From the NCBI GenBank assembly GCA_034669905.1, contig JAXMOL010000018.1, positions 32,001-96,000 on the forward strand: a DNA stretch of 64,000 nt, read 5' to 3'. Origin of the DNA: Candidatus Hydrogenedentota bacterium. Its GTDB lineage: Bacteria > Hydrogenedentota > Hydrogenedentia > Hydrogenedentales > JAEUWI01. Position numbers and translations under genes: made by a program. This document shows, piece after piece, positions 59,611-64,000 of the stretch (position 1 is its first letter; every line of letters starts with the position of its first letter). The notes beneath the pieces were generated by a model. The model was not told the origin of the DNA, ran no database searches, and saw only the letters and a list, made by a program, of their open reading frames with translations.

Positions 59611-60542
59611 GGGGGCGTTTCCTTGTGTAATGTATTTAAGACTCCTGGGCCCCGAAACCAGAGCCACCATGCATGCTCCAGCACGGCGCTCAGGCGGTCA
59701 TAGGTGATCACTTCCGCCGGGGCAAAAACTTCCAGCCAACCGGAACGTTGCTGACCACTGTCACAACCGCTCAGGTAGACAAATCGAAGGGCAGAGTTGA
59801 TTTCCATGCCTTCCAGATCCGATGGGGCCAGCCAGCCGTCCGGAAGCATGAGCCCCTTGCTCGTGCCATGGGTGCCCATGTAGATGAACTCCGCCTCCGA
59901 CACCGCCCGCCGCACGGACTCCCGTTCGAATTTCTGGACCACCACACTGCCCTCGCCCCACAACGTCGTACCCCTTCGGGTAATGGGGTAGAAGGCCAGT
60001 TGGAAAAACCACCGGGGAAAGACATCGTTGTCCTCGAAGAGGAGGTGTATCTTGCCATCGAGATTATCGGCCGGCGCCAGGTGTTCTCCGTGACGGGCCA
60101 TCGGTATAAGGGCCAGGATCACACCAAAGGCCGCGAGGAGGCATGCGGAGTTGCATTGCCACAGCCGCGGTCGTTCGGTGAGTCGCTGTATCAGGGGCAT
60201 GGGCCGGCAAGAGCCGGCGAGGGCAAGGCCAATGCCAAAGACCCAGAAAACCGCCCACGCCAGAAAGAGTTTACGCAGGGTGCCCAGCGTGTATCGTTCC
60301 ACCTGGAAGTCCTCATAGACGCCCCGATGATGGACGAGGAGGTAGGACAGGGCGACGGCCGTAAGGGCAAACAGCGTCGTCAGGACCACGAAAACCGTGA
60401 ATAAGGCAGCGGCCTGTTGAAAGTGGTGCCGGGAATACTGATCACGGCGTAACCGGGGGAGGAAGAGCACGAAGGGCTGTAGCCCCAGGTAGAACGCGGT
60501 GGCCCGTAAACGAATCTGCCAGGATGTGGAACTGTCGGTCAT
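59607..60542 (-). CDS. Membrane protein, Tic20/DUF4870-like N-terminus + CHAT/caspase-like C-terminal domain
   Basis: N-terminal TMs with YSRHHFQQA and LAGSCRPMPLI; C-terminal EFIYMGTHG and LRFVYLSGCDSG. Confidence 0.55.
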   Translation of the reverse strand: MTDSSTSWQIRLRATAFYLGLQPFVLFLPRLRRDQYSRHHFQQAAALFTVFVVLTTLFALTAVALSYLLVHHRGVYEDFQVERYTLGTLRKLFLAWAVFWVFGIGLALAGSCRPMPLIQRLTERPRLWQCNSACLLAAFGVILALIPMARHGEHLAPADNLDGKIHLLFEDNDVFPRWFFQLAFYPITRRGTTLWGEGSVVVQKFERESVRRAVSEAEFIYMGTHGTSKGLMLPDGWLAPSDLEGMEINSALRFVYLSGCDSGQQRSGWLEVFAPAEVITYDRLSAVLEHAWWLWFRGPGVLNTLHKETPP

Positions 60543-60882
60543 GGTGGGGGATTACATCGTGCAGTGCACAAGGGCCACGGAGTCACCCCGTAAGGATGGG
60601 CAACAGGAACTCAAGGGAAACAGGTATACTACTCACATACGGGATACTACCAGAAACGACCGTGGAGACGCGAGAGTCGTTTGGCGCAGAATCGTCGGGC
60701 AGGTCCGTTTGAAATGACATCATGTTTAGTGTAAAACAAGATGAAGGTGAGGTGGGCGTGATCAGTCTTCCAGCGTCCTCCATGCGATGGCGTGTAGTTG
60801 TTGGATGGGGAGGGGACTCTTCTCGGGGAAAGATTCTCATTCAGGACCGTCGCGCCGCGGTGAGAGCAAAGGAGCAGTGATC

Positions 60883-61974
60883 GTGTCCGAGAATGATAGT
60901 CATGCGTCCGATGAGATGCGCCTGTGCGCGAGCTGTCGAATGAAAGTCAGCGTGTGGGCCACCAAGTGTCACTATTGCGGCGAAGATTTGGGGCGCCCGC
61001 GCCGGGAAGAAACCAAGCTTACCCTCAAAGATCTGGGGGGCGGACAACAGACTTCCTATACCCCGTCTGGCAACGTGACCGGTGCCCTGGAGTCCTTTCG
61101 CGTCGAAGAGGTGGCCGCCGAGGCATCTCGGGCCCGTAGCCGACCCCGGGGATTATGGGCGCGGATTTTCGGAAAGACCCCGCCCCTCGCCGAGCCGATT
61201 AAATCCGGTGGGGAAGAACTCGCCGAGCTCGATGAATATAGCAAGAACCTCGCGGCCTCCATTCTGGACGATATGCCGGCCGGTTCCATTGCCAGTAGTT
61301 CACAATCCCGCTCAACGGCCGCGCCCCAATCACCCCTCGTCAGTCGTATTATCGGAATTGGTGGCGTGGTACTCGGTCTAATCGTCGCCTACTTCGTGCT
61401 CAGCGTCGCCTGGACCTGGGTGAGTGACTATCTTGAGGCCCGAAACCGGCCCGTGGAAATCGCCTACGTGAATAAGGCCCCCGAGATGCTCGCCCGCGGA
61501 GAGAGTTCGGTTGATGTCTTCGAAGAGGCGATTAAGGCGCTGCGGATCAACGATAACGAGGCCAATCGCGACGTGGTCGAGCAAGTCCGCGCGTTGCTCC
61601 TCCATGATGTGGATATGTTACTGGAGCGCAACCCCTGGAAAGTCGCTGATCAGGATAAGGCCTATCGCTATATTCAGCGCGCCGTAAACATCGACAATCA
61701 CCCCGCCATTGCCGCGAAATTTGATGAGGTGAACGCGGAAGTCGCGGCCTACAAGTTCGTCCTGAAAGCGATTGACGCGTCAGGGACGAAGGCGACCTTT
61801 CGCCTGAACCATCCCGATTACGAACCGGAAGTAGAGGTTGAGTTGGCCGATCGCCTGATGGACCGCTTTATCATCCAGCGCATATCGAAGACGGGGGTAG
61901 ACCTGAGTGACGACAAGGTGGATGGGCGCCGATTGAATATCAAAGTGAACGAAGGCGTCCGCTCTCGCTATTAG
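60883..61974 (+). CDS. Zinc-ribbon + single-TM membrane protein
   Basis: CASC-x10-CHYCG zinc ribbon; TM IIGIGGVVLGLIVAYFVLSVAWTWV; SD AAGGAG 8 nt before GTG 60883. Confidence 0.65.
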   Translation: MSENDSHASDEMRLCASCRMKVSVWATKCHYCGEDLGRPRREETKLTLKDLGGGQQTSYTPSGNVTGALESFRVEEVAAEASRARSRPRGLWARIFGKTPPLAEPIKSGGEELAELDEYSKNLAASILDDMPAGSIASSSQSRSTAAPQSPLVSRIIGIGGVVLGLIVAYFVLSVAWTWVSDYLEARNRPVEIAYVNKAPEMLARGESSVDVFEEAIKALRINDNEANRDVVEQVRALLLHDVDMLLERNPWKVADQDKAYRYIQRAVNIDNHPAIAAKFDEVNAEVAAYKFVLKAIDASGTKATFRLNHPDYEPEVEVELADRLMDRFIIQRISKTGVDLSDDKVDGRRLNIKVNEGVRSRY

Positions 61975-62129
61975 GGAGAATCCTGGGGAACCGGGTACGT
62001 GATCGTGCGGTTATTTGTGCTATGATGGGGGCCTTTTGAGGTGGGACGTGGGTCCCCGTGTTTCCTGTTCAGGCCGCAGTGTTGTCGGGCCGCTCCCTTT
62101 GAGGGAAACACCAACGTGGATGAGCAAGT

Positions 62130-62789
62130 ATGATGATGAAAAGTTCTCTGGTGAAGTTTGGCCGTGGTCTGGCCGTCGTGGCCCTCTCCGGGGCCTTGGG
62201 ACTCTTGAGTTCCTGCGCCACCGTAAAAGGTTGGCGCGGTAGTGATCAGGAGGCAGGTCCCACGGTCACCGAAGCCACCGTCGGCGAGTCGGCTTCCGAA
62301 TCCGAGTTGGAGGCCGAACTGCTCCAGCTGGTAAAACAGCACGTGGCCGAAGTCGAAGAAGACAGCAGTAGCAATCAGAGCCGTATCATTCGTAAGCGGC
62401 CCTACTATTTCAAGGAATACAGCAACTATCCTGCTGCAGCCACGCCCTTGGAAGTGGTGCTCACGGAAACCGAGTCACGGACCGCACCCTATGTGGCCGA
62501 TGTGAAGCTGGAAAAAGTGCGCTATGCGACCCGTCTGCACCGCAGTCGGGATGAGGCCCGTCTGGACAGCAGCTTTCTTCGGGATACGGGTTCGGAAACC
62601 TTAAGCTATGAGCTGCGCAGTGGCCGTTGGATCCGGGTAGGGAGCTTCTTCCTGGCCGAAAAGACCGAAGAACAGGTCAATGGCGACTGGGTAGTCGTGC
62701 AACGCATGTTGCAGCGCACCGTACAGGCAGAAGAGCCTGAAAAAGGCTGGTTTGGCCGTAGCTGGTCCCGATTGACGGGCAGCGAGTAA
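62130..62789 (+). CDS. Hypothetical lipoprotein
   Basis: Signal peptide with lipobox LSSC. Confidence 0.7.
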   Translation: MMMKSSLVKFGRGLAVVALSGALGLLSSCATVKGWRGSDQEAGPTVTEATVGESASESELEAELLQLVKQHVAEVEEDSSSNQSRIIRKRPYYFKEYSNYPAAATPLEVVLTETESRTAPYVADVKLEKVRYATRLHRSRDEARLDSSFLRDTGSETLSYELRSGRWIRVGSFFLAEKTEEQVNGDWVVVQRMLQRTVQAEEPEKGWFGRSWSRLTGSE

Positions 62790-62854
62790 CAGGCAATTGG
62801 GACCGGGCACACATCGGTTGGGGTGTGTGCCAGTAGTTGTTGGGATACCCATAC

Positions 62855-64000
62855 ATGGCGCGCGCACTTGAGAACCCTGCCTTCAGTACTTCAGACCGAT
62901 GGGCCTTCGCCCTGGAGCGGCTCATCATCCTCGCATCCTTGCTCTTCGTCCTGTCGGGCGTGGGCACGCTGCAAGTCGGGGATTCGGCCAACAGCCGGCT
63001 GGCAACGGTCTACAGTCTGGTGCACGACGGCACGTGGTATATTGACCGCCCCCTATCGGAGCCGCCCAACCCCTACGAAGTAAATACCATCGACAAGTGT
63101 AGCCTCGACGGCCGCATCCTCTCGACCAAACCGCCCCTCTTACCCCTCGCCATGACCGTGGAGTATGCCGCCCTCCATACCCTCTTCGGGTGGACCCTGG
63201 AATCGGGACGTGACCTGAAAATCCTGCTCCAGGTCATGATCGTATCGCTGATTATCCTGCCCTATCTGGTGGGACTGGTGTTTTTTGCCCTCCTCCTGGA
63301 TCTGATGATCACCAATCCATGGCAACGCTTGTTGCCCCTCGCGGCCATGGCTTTCGGGACCCAATTGCCCGGTTTCGCCACCGAGCTGAATAATCACACA
63401 CCGGCTATCGCCTTTCTCATCATAGTCCTCTACCTGAGCATCGGGATTTGCACGGGTAAACTGGCCCCTACAGCCCCGCGCTTCTTTGGCGTTGGATTGG
63501 CCGGTGCCCTGGTCTTTGCCCTCGATATGCCCCTCACGGTTTTCGTGGCTGCGTCGGGACTTGCCCTTGCCTGGAAGCACCCCCGGAACACCTTCCTGTG
63601 GGGCGGCCTCGGGTTGGCCGGGCCCCTGCTCATTCATTTTGGCACCATGCTCTACGTGACGGGCAGCCCCCTCCCCGTACAGATGCGGAAAGACCTCTAT
63701 CTCTATGAGAACAGTGCCTGGCGCAATCCGGGGGGACTGGATGCCCTCCACGAACCCAAGGGTACGTACTTCTTCCACATGACCTTTGGACGCTTCGGGA
63801 TCTTTCTGCTCTATCCCATCCTGCTATTCGGGCCGGCGGGATTGCTCTGGAGCCTCCTTCGGGGAGACAAGACGTGGCGGGTGTACTACGCTACCGCCCT
63901 GGGATGTATCGCCCTGCTCTTCGCCTACTATGTCTTTCGCACCAATAACTACGGCGGCGGTGCCTATGGCTTCCGATGGGGGATGGGGGTCATGCCCCTC
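62855..64000 (+). CDS. Polytopic membrane protein, GT-C-type glycosyltransferase-like (runs off the window end)
   Basis: Hand-translated from ATG 62855: ...GDSANSRLATVYSLVHDGTWYID...TIDK...STKPPLLP...TELNNHTP..., many TMs and YGFRW near the end. Confidence 0.55.
   Translation, partial: MARALENPAFSTSDRWAFALERLIILASLLFVLSGVGTLQVGDSANSRLATVYSLVHDGTWYIDRPLSEPPNPYEVNTIDKCSLDGRILSTKPPLLPLAMTVEYAALHTLFGWTLESGRDLKILLQVMIVSLIILPYLVGLVFFALLLDLMITNPWQRLLPLAAMAFGTQLPGFATELNNHTPAIAFLIIVLYLSIGICTGKLAPTAPRFFGVGLAGALVFALDMPLTVFVAASGLALAWKHPRNTFLWGGLGLAGPLLIHFGTMLYVTGSPLPVQMRKDLYLYENSAWRNPGGLDALHEPKGTYFFHMTFGRFGIFLLYPILLFGPAGLLWSLLRGDKTWRVYYATALGCIALLFAYYVFRTNNYGGGAYGFRWGMGVMPL

Overview
GC-rich bacterial chromosomal window. 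The C-terminal 'GEGEGEGE' linker plus 'DxNxDxxLSLSELLRVIQxFN' EF-hand-like module, two DUF1553/DUF1501 pairs and several sulfatases suggest Candidatus Hydrogenedentota (inference). Housekeeping genes: infC-rpmI-rplT-hisA (with an L20-type leader and a probable AUA start for infC), gluQ, prpB-prpC, ilvE, pilT-type ATPase, cold-shock protein. Glycan and sulfate catabolism genes: sialidase-like, CE15 esterase, GH42-like, two sulfatases, two DUF1080. Many REP/MITE-like palindromic elements lie in intergenic spacers. No rRNA, tRNA, CRISPR array, integrase or intact transposase was seen. Best candidates for undescribed biology: (i) a mosaic InlB-B-repeat cassette (headless repeat gene, Cys-rich beta C-terminus, secreted partner, second orphan repeat fragment) that resembles polymorphic-toxin cassettes; (ii) a four-gene envelope operon (carboxypeptidase-regulatory-like repeats, LolA-like protein, 12-Cys secreted protein, DUF1573) divergent from pilT; (iii) a pseudoknot-capable leader with a terminator upstream of an ABC exporter-DUF1854 pair; (iv) a Tic20/DUF4870-like membrane protein fused to a CHAT/caspase-like protease domain. 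All family calls come from motif recognition by eye, not from database searches.
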